Assembly (NCBI GenBank): GCA_012026655.1
Contig: JAAILG010000369.1
Location: forward strand, 1 to 64,000
From: Hydrolagus affinis
Taxonomy: Eukaryota
Length of the DNA: 64,000 bases
Direction of reading: 5' to 3'
Part shown: positions 35,942-48,800 of the stretch, piece after piece
Numbering within the stretch: the first letter of the stretch is position 1
Layout: every line of letters begins with the position of its first letter
The notes under the pieces: model-generated
Seen by the model: only the letters and a program-made list of their open reading frames with translations
The model's database searches: none
What the model was told of the DNA's origin: nothing
Translations under genes and position numbers: made by a program

Positions 35942-38900
35942 CAATTAACCTGGCCAGACATGGAACTCCTGGACAGTTATCCGGGCGTCATCTTGAAGTT
36001 TTAATTCTTGAATTTCAAAAGATTGTATTACTATTATTATCATTATTATTATGGTGATGGAAAAGGAGATTGATATCTACTCAGACGCAAGGAAGGAGTC
36101 AATCCTGCCATCCTATGAGCTATATTAATGTTACAAGCAAGGGGGATTGCAATAACTATGTGGGAGGAGAGAAGCCGGGAAGCAGCAGAGCTGGAGAGAA
36201 GCATTACAGATTTAGACAAGGAACCAAAGTGTTGCTGTTTGCTTATCCAAAATACGGAGTCTTTGCAGTTAGTGAAACAAAAAAACAGCTTGTTTGCATG
36301 CATTGCTATGAGGAAGGCAACCATCTATGAAACAGTAAACAGGATTCCTTAAACCCAGTGAGGAATCATCCACTCTAGTTCAGAAAATTCAAGGAAATAG
36401 ATTTGAATTCTGACCCTTAGAATGGATGCTGGTCAGATATTTCTGCCAGCGAATCAGGACCTTGGGACATCCTCCTGATGTGAAAGGCGCTATACAAGTG
36501 TGATTTTGTTGTTGTGTTGTTGTTGTTGTGGCCTTACATGCACGCACACACGTACAGACACACACACATATATTATAACTTGTATTCTTCAGACTCCCTG
36601 GAACTTATAGTATTCGCTGCATTCCTTAACATAATACCACAATCCCAATTCCAAACTGCACAGCAGACACAGCGATAGATAAGCCTCTAAACATAGAGGA
36701 GATTACAGAATCGATTGTCTGCCTGAATTCAGCCAACTGGCCAGTGGATGATGTGCTGACTGTAGAGTTCTGTTAGGTGCACAAGGAGATGATTGTTTCT
36801 CAATTATTTGAAGCCGGCTGAGAAAGTAGGCAGAAAAGAAAATGTATGTGTGTGCTTGTATCTCGCGCATTGATTTCGCTGATACGCACAGACGTAAAGG
36901 ACACATGGACCTTTGAATAATTATCCACTCGTACCTTGCCCGAATGTCAACTGTTGGCTAAGGCTTCGGCCAATGGATGATTCTATGACTCTCTTTGGTG
37001 ACTTGCTGATCAAGTTGGCTTTGCATCCGGAAGCCAATCATTCGGGCAATGCGGGAGAATTTGTGAAGCCGGTTCACACAGAGTGTGTGTTGTTGGTGTT
37101 CCAGCATTCAAAGGCTCACTTAACATGAGGAGACTCCATACATTGCCATGTTTCACTTTACTGCGGAAACTTTTTCGAATCAATACCAATTTGAGTTGCA
37201 GCTGGAAGCCGAATGATTGATGGGAGGACTGAAAGACACACTGATCCAGGGTCTCTGCTGATGGATAGATAGATAAATAAACAAATAATGCTTGCATTTG
37301 ATACAGCAAGGTTAGCAAAACAGATGGGCTTTTTTTTTACCACAATCATAAGCAGCCAAGCCTAAAAACAAGATTCAATCTCGATGGGAAAGATGAGCGA
37401 GAAGCAGAGCTGTGAGCTCATTATCTGCCGTTCATTTTGTGACAAATATTTGGGAATGATTGAGTCACGGGTAATTGAGGTGGCTCTGAATTTTTAATCT
37501 CAAGTGTAATTCACAACAGATATTGTTCTCACTGCGATACAATATTTAATCACTTTGGTTGTAGGTGCCATGCAAAAGTTTCAAAAGTTCACAGATTCGA
37601 CCACTAGAAGGTGCCATATTCTACCAAACTATTCAATTTTACCGAGAATTCCTCTGCCACAGAGAGTCAAATGTTTCCATAACCAGTGGGTTTCAATAAC
37701 ATCAGCTCCTCGTTACATTCGGAGGATATCAGTCATTGGATAACTGTGGGCCCATCATTCAAGTTGTCAGATTGAAGTTTAATAATTATTATTAATTATT
37801 ATCTTACGTTTCCTTTCACTTCAGTCAGACCAAGTGGCCTTAAAAATTCTGGATATATTTCAAGCAGAGGCCTTTAAGTAGGGCCCAGGGTCATTGCAGT
37901 CTTTTGTGCTTTATCTTAATTTGTATCTCACATGCAAACGATAAATGTTGGAAATTGAAGCCCTGTATGTTAGCCTTCGATATCAGCACTCGCATCCCAG
38001 TTCAATATGAGTTGACTTTTGACACCTCCTCATTCATATAAGAAAGAGTCTTCAGTAAGAGTGAAAAAGAAACAGAAGTGGGTGGGTGGGCGGGAGGGAG
38101 TCGATCAAGTAACTATACAAGATCAAAACAACTATAAGACCAGGAACGGCAGAGGCAGGCACCTTTTTGACCCATAGGATTTGGGGGTTTCAAAACCTGG
38201 TTCTTTCCTTCACAGGCAGATTTTGGATTCATTCCAAACTTATATAAGAAGTCCTTTGGTACAATAAGGGAGATCTGCAAACTCTACCGTAAAATCCATC
38301 AAAGAAATTTGTTGTTCTGCTGTTACCTCATCCAGCAAGAATATCACTGGTTACAGACTCTGATGATTATTAGAGGTTATAGACTGAGCAAATACTTTAT
38401 GGGACATCAGAGTTTCTCTCCTGCTGGGGCGGGCAGGGTTGTTGAATGTGCAGGGAAGCAGGCTAGGGGGATGGGTGAAGGATCCAGAGATTTTTCCCTG
38501 GTTGCCTTTGGGGATCAGGAAGCTATTGGTGTTGAATTCGCTCCCGCCCCCCACAACCCCCGAGGATATAAGAGAGGGTGGGAGAAGTGGCCTTTTCTTA
38601 TTTTGTGCTTTTTGGTAGTCTTAAAAGCTGGGACTGATTCATAGGCCATCAAGTTTTCACCCATAAAATATACAGTCATTACACTTTACGGTATGGTCTG
38701 TGAAGTACTTTTGGATGTCTAGAAGATATGGAAATGCACTATATCAAATGCAAGAGTTATCATTATTGTCATTAAATTATCCATGTAAATTCACTTTTCT
38801 ATTTGAAGTTCTGAATTGTGAATTGCACGACCACTGACAGCCAGCAGAGAGCAGTAATACGCTTTCAGCCTTAAGAAGGAGCATTCCTTGAGTTTAAGTT

Positions 38901-39204
38901 TCTTGCTCTGTCCACTCTCTCTCCCTTTTTGCCATTTGACTTCACTCCCAAAAAATCTGCCACATTTTTGCTGATCACTTTGCTCCCAGTGGATACAAGG
39001 TGAGATGTGATGTGGGGAAAGTATTTCCTTTCCTTTACAAATGCAAAATTTTAAATTTTACCTCAATTTGTGATTCGGAACTTCAAATAGAAAAGTGAAT
39101 TTACATGAACAAACTTAATGATGATAATAATAATCTTTGCATTTGATATAGAGCTTTTCATGTCTTCTAGACATCTCAAAGCGCTTCGCAGAATATACTG
39201 TAAA

Positions 39205-39551
39205 TTGAACACTTGTTCAATTTCTGGGCAGGTTGAAACTTTACACACTTCCCCCACACATCTCTGCTTACCCAGCAGTAAGGAGGAAACCGGTTGTTAA
39301 TCGTTTGGCTGATTGCTTTTCCAGGCATAATAATCTCTTCAAAAACAAAATTTTTAAATACAATAATAATTTGATCACTCAATCCACGACTGTTTGTGGG
39401 ACACTGCTATGTGCAATTGGCTGCCGCGTTTCACTCCACAAAATGTACAGTCAATTCACTTCACAGCATTTTCTGTGAAGCACTTTGAGATGTCTCAAAG
39501 ATGTGATAAGGCGCTATTTCAAATGCAAGGATTATTATTTTTTTATTATTA
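39205..39551 (+). mobile_element. SINE (variant body) with standard tail
   Basis: caatccacgactgtttgtgggacac...caaatgcaaggattattatt. Confidence 0.75.
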
Positions 39552-40409
39552 TTCTCTTTTCTACTCCAGCACAGACTAGAACTGGAGCTGGTGACTTTTT
39601 AGTCTATAGTGTCGAGTAATCACTGGGTCATTTGCTCACGAGCGCATCAGAGGAAATTTGTCAATTTTTTTGAGTGTATACTTTCTAATCATTTAACTAA
39701 TTGACTACTTTGCCGATGAGACCTTTGTCAAATGGATTTGTATCTTTGTTCCTGCACAGTGACACTTTCCAGAGATTGTGGATTCTGTGCCAGCTATCAG
39801 GCTTGAACTGATATGACCTCATTTCTGGCAAATAGATAACAGGGGCTGTATAAAGTCGTACAATCAATGCTATTGATACCAGGAAAGGAAATATTTCTTT
39901 TTAAGGGATTAACTTGATCTGATTATTTTTATGATCTGGCGCAGAGGCCATAGCGAAAGTGTGGCAAAACTACACGCAAGGGAAAGTCGACAAAATACAC
40001 AGAAAGTGAACCATCCCGGGACACAGAACTAACCATCAACTAAAAGGTTATTTTAGGAAGATGAGAAAGCAGGGACAGGAGGAGGCCATTCAGTCCATCG
40101 AGCCTGTTCCAGCAGCTTATTAAAACACAAACAGAAATCGCTGGGAACATTCAGCACGTCAGCCAGCATCTATGGCAGCTTTCTCCGTTGATGTTGCCTG
40201 ACCTGCTGAGTGTTCCCAGCGACTTCTGTTTTTGTTTCAGATTTCCAGCATCTGCAGTATTGTGTGTTTGGCCACCAGTTTATTGGTTCCTGGGAGATTT
40301 TTAAATCGCAATCCCCCTTTTGCTATGCCTCCCCACCAATACCAAATTGAATTCACACCAGATTCCCTCCAGAATAAAGGCTACTTTCAGACCATGTCTG
40401 GTTTCACCA

Positions 40410-40710
40410 TATAATAATAATAATAATCATTACGTTTGATAAAGTGCCTAGCATATTGTCAAGACTTCTCAAAAGCTTCACAAGATATACTGGAAAGTGG
40501 TGGTGACTGTGTATTCTGTGGGCGATATGCGGCAGCCCGTTGCGCACAACAATGTTCCACAAACAGCCATGGAATGAATGACCAGCTGTACTGGTTGCTC
40601 TCTTTTCTTTTCGAATTGAGCCTTGAGATCTTTAATGTCCACCGGAATAGGCAGAGAAGACCAGTTTAACGACTCGTCCAAAGGCTGGCACCTGTGACAA
40701 TGTCACCTTT
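40410..40710 (-). mobile_element. SINE with Deu-like domain
   Basis: gatctttaatgtccacc...gtttaacgactcgtccaaaggctggcacc resembles the Deu core; L2-like tail. Confidence 0.6.
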
Positions 40711-40805
40711 ACACTAAGCGTACGTGAAAAAGCTGCTAATAATATCACACCTGCTATTCCCATTGCAGTGGAAAGTCTTCTCGAAGTAAAAGGCGTTATA
40801 CAAAT

Positions 40806-41093
40806 GTAATAATAATAATCCTTGCATCTGATATACTACATATTCTAGATGTCTCAAAGCGCTTCACAGAATACACTGTAAAGTGAATTGACTGCATATT
40901 TGTGGGCGAAATGCGACAGCCAATTATGCATAGCAGTGTCCCACAAACAGACGTGGATTGAAATGACCAATTTTTTTGGGGAGGGATTATTATTAGGCAT
41001 GCAGAGTAAGGAAACTTGCCCAAGATTTTGTCCTGTCTGGATTCGAACACAAGTCGCATGCTTGTAGGGCGAGTGCTCTAACCACTGAGCTAC
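40806..41093 (-). mobile_element. Full-length tRNA-derived SINE
   Basis: Head and tail as in the other copies. Confidence 0.9.
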
Positions 41094-43199
41094 GTAATTC
41101 TGTTGTTGTTTGATCCTAGCATGGTAAGACCTTGTGGCTTCTATCATTAAATTATCCTGTTTGATTCCATCAGGCTTCCTCAGATCTCTGCACACTTGAA
41201 TTGATTCATGTAGTTGCCTAGTTACTAAAATTGGTTATATATTTTTTCCTACTGAGAACATTAAACCCGATTCACAGTTAAGTTGCTGGCCCTGAATTGG
41301 ATTCAGTGTCCATTGGTTACATAACCAGCAACATACAGAGCATTAAAAATAAGGTTGCAGAGTAAATCTTGTGATTTTTACAATGAAAACAATTGCTGGG
41401 AGTGGCCTGGTAGCTTATGTAGCACAACGAGAGCAGACTTCAGACCCGTTCGGTTAAGAGTTTGTGTCCAAATACTGCTTGAGACACAATTAGGAGTCTA
41501 GCTGGTCTGAGTGAAACATCAAACCATAAATAGACAAGCTAACTGTAGCTGAATTGTATTATTTTCCTTATCCCTAAATCAATGGGAGAGAGGGGGGTGG
41601 GGGGGGAGGGGAGAGTGGGGGTGAAAAAAAACTTCCCTATTGTCTATCTTGTCCCACACTATCACACAGCAAGTATGCCTCAGCCTGACCGTGGAGGTCA
41701 GCCTGATCATTGAGGTCAAAAGCTTTGTTGAAAGTACAGCTGTACAATCAGATTCGTTCCGCAGTTTTACAGCTGCTTACCATCAAAGTGCTCCACGTGA
41801 ATTGTGCAAATTAACTTCTGATGTGAGTTTGGGATGAAACTTTCCACCTTCCCTTCGGAGTGAGTGCTCCTTTTTTAATAACGGCTACAGAACATTTGGG
41901 GATTCAGATGCAAACTGCTGGATTGGAAATCATCTCTCCTTTTATTTAGCTTGTCGGGACCGGCGATATGTCCCGTTATGGTTAGAAGCTGAGCAAACAG
42001 TACCTGACTCAAAAAATTTCTTTTAGTACTTGCAACTGATTCACAAAGTGAATGAGTGGGGGCTTCTTCACACTGCGGAAAATCAATGGCCTCTTTGATC
42101 ATGTTCTCGCTCTCTCTCTCTCTGGTCTGCATGTGTGTGTGTGTGTGTGTGCGCGTTTGTGTGGTGGAAAGGGTTAAATCCAAACAAAGCAGCTGGTGAA
42201 GAGAAGCACACACAACACACACACAGGCTGTAACATCTGCTGCACAGGAGAGAAAATAGACAGTCCTGTCCTTACGTTTCTTCCAAGTTAAATTTCATCT
42301 TTTACAGACATGTAATACAGCAGCTCAGAGAATTACACGTGGCACCAGTCATTTCAAGGTAGAGATAGACGTTGTTTGAAACCTGCAAAACAGCAGCTTC
42401 CCTGTCCTCTCCCCAAAGCAGGTCTTGATGGTAACACAGTGGGCAACTTTACCAACAAGACTCAGCACTAGGCCATACAGACCAGACCGAAAGGTCACAG
42501 GTTCAAATCTCTGTCTGCACTGAGTTGGCTGATTGCAGTCAGGGAGGCCCCCAGCACACAACTGCCCCTCTCAACAGGACAATTTATATTCCCGAGTGCA
42601 TCTTAGCGTGATTGTGTGATGCAGATCAGTGTCAGGGACATCATGTATCACCTTGTGTGTGCGTGTATGTGTCTCATTGCAAGGTGACACGGACACACCA
42701 GAGACATTATCTTGATTTGCTGGTGGTGACTTCTCTGGGGTTTAGATACAGAGAGTGCAACACAGATGGTCATTAGCTGGGCCAAAAGAAAGAAACATGC
42801 GGAAATACTTACCCCAAAAATTGCGGGAACATTTCCACACTTGCAGGGAAATTTTGCTGGGAAATCTGAACGCATGCTGCGGAAAATTTCGATGGAGTTG
42901 ATTGGTGTTATTGAGGTGCATTTTACTGCCAATCTATAATTATTTATACTTTATTTATTGATTTTAAGAAATAGACATGGCGAAACAACAGATTGTTCGA
43001 TTGTAGGTACCTTTCCCAACAGGGTTCCCATCTCCTGCCAATCGCACAATTGAGAAGAAAAGATCGCAACCATTCCTTGCCCTGATGCACCTCTCTCAAG
43101 TTGGATGCAACATGCACTCGAGTCACTTATTCCTTTATTAATCAACCAACAGCCTTGAGAGATTCCACAGAGTGGGATCCCTCCATTTAAGTGGTTATA

Positions 43200-43468
43200 A
43201 GTGAGAGAGAACCGTGTTCCAATTCCAGGCAAGGCGAAACCTTGAGTAAGTTTCCTTACTCCACACACCTGATAATAATTCCCCCCCCACCCACCCACTC
43301 CCCCCCCCCCCCCAAGACAAAAAAATAATAAATCGGCCGTTTCAATCCGCACACTGGTGTTGCGCAATGGGCTGCCGCGTTTCGCCCCACAAATATACAG
43401 TCAATTCACTTTACAGTCTATTCTGCGAAGCGCCTTGAGACGTCCGGAAGACGCGAAAAGCTCTATTA
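43200..43468 (+). mobile_element. tRNA-derived SINE
   Basis: gttccaattccaggcaaggcgaaaccttg...cacaaatatacagtcaattcactttacag. Confidence 0.85.
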
Positions 43469-43755
43469 ACCTAATTTCAAGGATGCTTATTAATATTAGT
43501 GATATATTATAAAGTTGGTATAGTATTAAAGTTAATATTAGTGGTATATTATAAACAAAAACCTGTGTGGAATCAGGAACTGTCCCCAAATCAACCATTC
43601 TATCAACTCATTTTTTTTAATTAGAAGATATTAATGCTCACACAGTTGCCAGCACATTTTCAGTTCAGTGTAAATCTGTGCGGAAAGCTTTGAATAGTCA
43701 CCCACTGGTGACCACACGTGGACATTCATTCATACATTTTCAGATTAGCGTCGCA

Positions 43756-43855
43756 NNNNNNNNNNNNNNNNNNNNNNNNNNNNNNNNNNNNNNNNNNNNN
43801 NNNNNNNNNNNNNNNNNNNNNNNNNNNNNNNNNNNNNNNNNNNNNNNNNNNNNNN
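43756..43855. other. Assembly gap (100 N, true size unknown)
   Basis: Run of N. Confidence 1.
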
Positions 43856-45827
43856 CCCCCCCACTTGTACATCCCTCCCACTAACATACACACACCCCAC
43901 TCACACACTTCCCTCACCCCCCACCATCACACAATTTGTTGCTATTGGGTGAAATGCAAATAGTTTCACTGATATATTTAGAGTTGACATATTGAACCTT
44001 TACCCCAAATCACGTTGCAAAAATCATAACCAATGGCCTGAACTCATGCATCAGTTGAATTCATTAGCAGTTAGTGAAGGGGCCCCACACTTGTGTATTT
44101 CCAATTACAAAAGTAACCAGGGGTCCCCCTGCTCTGCCAACTTGCAGCCTGTTCCTTCTGCTCCTGAATAAAATTACAATCTTATTAAGGCATTGAGAAT
44201 CACATAGCAACTCTCCCTCGTCTTGTCCATCTATTGTTTGAAGGACACTACAGTACACACAATGAATAGCGATCACCCTTGCCTGATCACTCCCATCCTG
44301 CATTGCCTCCTTCAGCTTTTATCCCCTCACTTAACTCTAATGACCCTGCCCTCCTTACCTCGATTAATTTCTTCCCCCTTTTTTTGGGGGGGCCTTAATT
44401 GTACCACAATTTCCCTGATCTCTGCACTTACTTATCCATGCATCAACTATTCCATAGCACTGGGTTGAGTGTTTGTTTATTCGCCCTTGGAAGTCTCCAC
44501 TTTTATCTATCGACACCATAGTCTCGACTAATAAGATTGCGGTTTTCTGCATCGATGCGAGTCGATTTGAGATTTAAAAAAAAGGAACGGACAAAAATGA
44601 AGAAAACCCACGTTTCCAAGTTGCTGCAGAAACACAAACTTTTTGTGGCAACATTTAATATCTTTCCCCGGACGTTTCGTACTTTTATTTTCCCAGTATT
44701 TTAGGTCCCACAGGGCCGCACTCACAAACAAATGGTCAGCACAAAGGCTGACCCAAGACTCTGGTCAGTGCCAGTCTAAACTGGCTTATCTAAGTGCTGT
44801 GAATTGGCTCATCAGGCTTCCCCCCCCCACCACCACTCCTTCCACCCAACCCCCACCTCTCTGCCTGTTTCTCTCTCCCCTTCCCCCAAATGGCCTGATG
44901 AGATCAAAGGCATGTGTGTTGGAAGAGAAAGCACATCCTGCCACACCACACAAGCTGCCACTATTGATCCTTTTAAACACACTTACATTTGCTGTCCCTT
45001 ATTGCTGTCCTGCAGCCAAAATTCCACCCTTTGTTTATTTCCTTGAAGTTAATAATAATTCCTAATATCGCAACTTTCCCAATGTGTCGGGGAGGCATAC
45101 AGCATACACGTGTGGAAATCTTGTCTGGTTTGGTATGTCTTGTCAAAACACTGAGGCTGAGCGCCATAAAAATACAGCACTTTTCACTTCCAGTGGCTGA
45201 CTCCAAAGCATTTAACTGGATTTACTGTAAATTGTCACAAATGCACATTTGGCCAACAAATCCCCAGACAGAATTGGTCATTCACTCCACAGATGCATAC
45301 ATGTTTGTGGGACACAGGGGTGTTCAAATTGGCTGTCGGTAAAGTGAAATGTGCAGGTTTTTTATGCTGTTAATAAATAATCTTCCTCCCTTTTACTGCT
45401 GGAAAGTATGTACTGTGTTGGACCGATTTCAACTTTGAATCCAACTTTGAATCCCTGTGGCGGGTGAGCTTGGCAAAACTTGTGCGTGAATAACAGTCAC
45501 TGTTATTAGTGAGGGACTGGATGGCAACAAGTGCTTGTGAAACCATACAACAGTCTGGTAGATGGGTAAATGAGCCAAATGCTTCAAGGAGAGGGGAGGA
45601 AATTAGCAGGAAATATATCGTTCAAATGAAGACATGGTTTTCTTTGGTTATAAATGTGAACCAGTCAAAATACTGGGTCATATCAGTTTCCAAGTGACAA
45701 GTCGGTTGAGGTAATATGAATAAGTTTCCACCGGGGATAAAAAGCTCAAAAGACGTGAATTGCAAGAATACTTTTAAACATCGGAATGAATGTGCAGCCG
45801 CAGAATGGTCTCGTTTTATGGAAAAAC

Positions 45828-48800
45828 TTTATTTAAACTGTGCAATCGTTCAGAATTCAGATTATTTTACAACAGTTTTAAAACATTTTGGCTTTTTTAG
45901 ACGAGTTATAATTTTTGGCATGACTCAGCAAGATTACAGATCAGGCACCTGTACGTTAGGCAACAGTCACTGTATTGCTAATTATAAAATAGGGGTGGGG
46001 TGGGGAGAAGAGGAACACAGTTTCTCAATAAAACAGTTAAAAAGTAGTTAAAGACATAAATGAGGTACATTCACAAGTCAAGGCAAGCGTTGGCTCTTTT
46101 GCAGGATTGGACACAAGAGTGGAACTGATCCCCTGAGACAAATAAAATTTGATATAATCCAGGTCCACGTGTCCAGTCCGCAGAATCGCAAACACTGTCT
46201 TTACACGACAATTGGCAATTGAAGATGGAAGGTCAGGAACACCTGAGATCACACGAGATACCAAACCCTCCGCTTCTTCCCTTTAGTTCACATCTTAACA
46301 GCATTTCTCTAAATCAAAAACTAACACAATATTGTTCGTTCTTATTTTTTTCCAAAAAAAACAATAGCAAAAAGTAAAGAAAACCCCTCGCGGGTTCACA
46401 GATACCTTTCTCTCCCGCTCTTCTGGCCTGGCTTCATGAGCAAGTCACACAAAACACTTGTCGGTAATCTCTACATTGGTTACCCGAAGGAGTCAGGTGT
46501 GTGGATACCGTAAAGCATCAAATGTGAATACATGACATCCAGCCGCACAAATTTAATACATATTATATCAAAATTAAAATACTATATCAAGACAGTTTAA
46601 TACACAGTTCCAGATTAATGTGCATCAACAAATACTTCAAAAGATGTATTTTGTCAAATTCAAATGAGGTAGTGGTTTCTACTACAATATATTTCACTAA
46701 ATGACTGTAAATTCAAATGAAATACCAGCAAAATTTCATCAGCCACCCAGGACATTTTCCTCCAAGATTTTTGGGGGATTGCCGATATGTTTGGGGGACA
46801 GTTTTCCCTCTGCAAATAGTGTAATGCCAAGGATAAAATGTCCTGGTTGTTCTGCTTACCATTCTGTCGGTGGCACGAGGCATTTTCAGCGGCCACGCTT
46901 AATAGAAACTCCAGTCAAATTTCAATGGCTTCCCTTACAGATGATTACAGTTAAGTTACAAAGCAAGCTTTGCAAATGTTCAGGGAGCAGGGAATAGCAC
47001 ATACTCCTCTGGCAACCCACAAAGAGCTGCTGGCTTAAGAGTCTGCCTGAAATATTCCTCAAGCAGGTGCTCCCTATAAAATTCACATACTCCCTTTAAT
47101 GCCATTATAAAGGTGGGAAAATATACTGGCAGCTATCAACAGATTTAAAAAAATGCTGGTTGATGACTTCGGATAAGAGAATGCGCTTCTGCAGCAAAAC
47201 AACAACAACAACAAAAGGGATTTCGAACAACATTCACAAGGAGACACAAAATCTGCCCTTCCTAGTTACGTCGGACTAAAACGGCTACGTTGATATACAA
47301 AGGTAAGCCAAAAAAAAATAATTCTTTGGTTTTTATGGGCTGCTGTTCTAGCTGTATTTGAAAATAAAGTTACTAATAACTCTGAATTCATTGGTTTTTC
47401 TTCATTTTTGGTTTTCAATATTAAAGCACTTTATTTAGGAATGCAACATGTAACTTGGTGAAACTCATGTAGTTAAGAGAAGGAATCATTTTGCCACACT
47501 GTATGTGTGTATATATATATATAGATATATTATATATAAAATTTTAAAGTTATGAAACGTTTTCTGTCATGTGCTCTGTCTGGGGCTATCAAGTTAGGCA
47601 TTTTAATGTAACCTCTGCTGATAATTAATCTATTGCCACCAAGGCACCGTCAGAGGAAGAGTCTGCAAGTCGCATGGCAGAATTTCAATCAAATCACCTG
47701 AAGATTAAAGTGAATCTTAAAAGACAGCTGGAGTATTTCACTTTGGTTCTTGCGAAAGATTTAGTTTTGCATTAGGGTGTAGAGTCAGTTGGGTGGGGAG
47801 GGGGGGTGGGGGGGGAAGGGGGAGAGGAAGGGCCAATTAGTCAAGTTATCTGAAGTTTTCCTAAATCGGTCAGTCAGTGAAAGAGAATGCTCTTGCGCTC
47901 CTTCAGTGATATTATACCTGTACTTATTGCAATATGGAGTAGAAATGCACATTGTCAGACTACATTTACATTTAGAACGACAAGAGAATTCTCTTTCTAT
48001 TTAATCTGCTTTTTTAAAAAATCAATTAGTCCATCAAGATGCAAAGTGACATAGTTCTTAGGTCTGAGATTCAAGATACTGCGTAGACACAGTGCCCGTT
48101 AATCTTAAGATTAAAACATGTCCAGCGCGAAAAAGTAAATCTTTGGATGTGGACATATGTCTTTTACCTTTGCATACCATCCTGCACTAAGACTATGCGA
48201 TGACACTAATCTGAAAGACAAGTGCTAAACTGACTATATTCTCTAATTTCTGATCTATGCTATATAAAGAGCAGAGTGCAGCTAACCAGAATTGTACTCA
48301 GTAGTTCATACTAATGATCTTTCTTTCTTTCGAGCCGATACAAAGACATAATTGTTTCACTTCATCTAAAAATAAAGTCAAATGCTGAATAAGTTTACAT
48401 TTGAATAGGGCAAAAATGCTCGTTTGAAAACGGTTTTTCCAATATCAAAAAAAAAGTCCAGACACCCATTTAATATCGGTCCAGCAGTTTTGCTGGTAAG
48501 GGAGGAATGGCTACTTTCACCGAAAGGCTGTTTAGATTCTCACTGCAATCTAGCCTCTCTCCCCAAAAAAACAAACGCTCCAAATACATCGATGTCACAC
48601 TGTATTGGAAAAGCAATCAATTTCTATTCAAACACATCCAAGTCACTACTGTTGTAAGATTAGTAACTATCATTAAACAAAGATTAGAATTCAACTGGTA
48701 AAAAATGACGTGGCCCACAAATATCCTATGGAAGCAAACTTTATATACACTATAATTTTCTTTGGTAAGCTTGTTTTAAAAAAATTTTTTGATATAATCG

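Noticed and set aside
38270-38340. Possible pygo1 NPFDD relic (reads TNFFDGFY on the - strand)
   Set aside because: Similarity too weak, flanks do not match, no PHD relic downstream
44064-44303. ORF containing VWG, checked as a Pygo PHD end
   Set aside because: No PHD cysteine/histidine spacing
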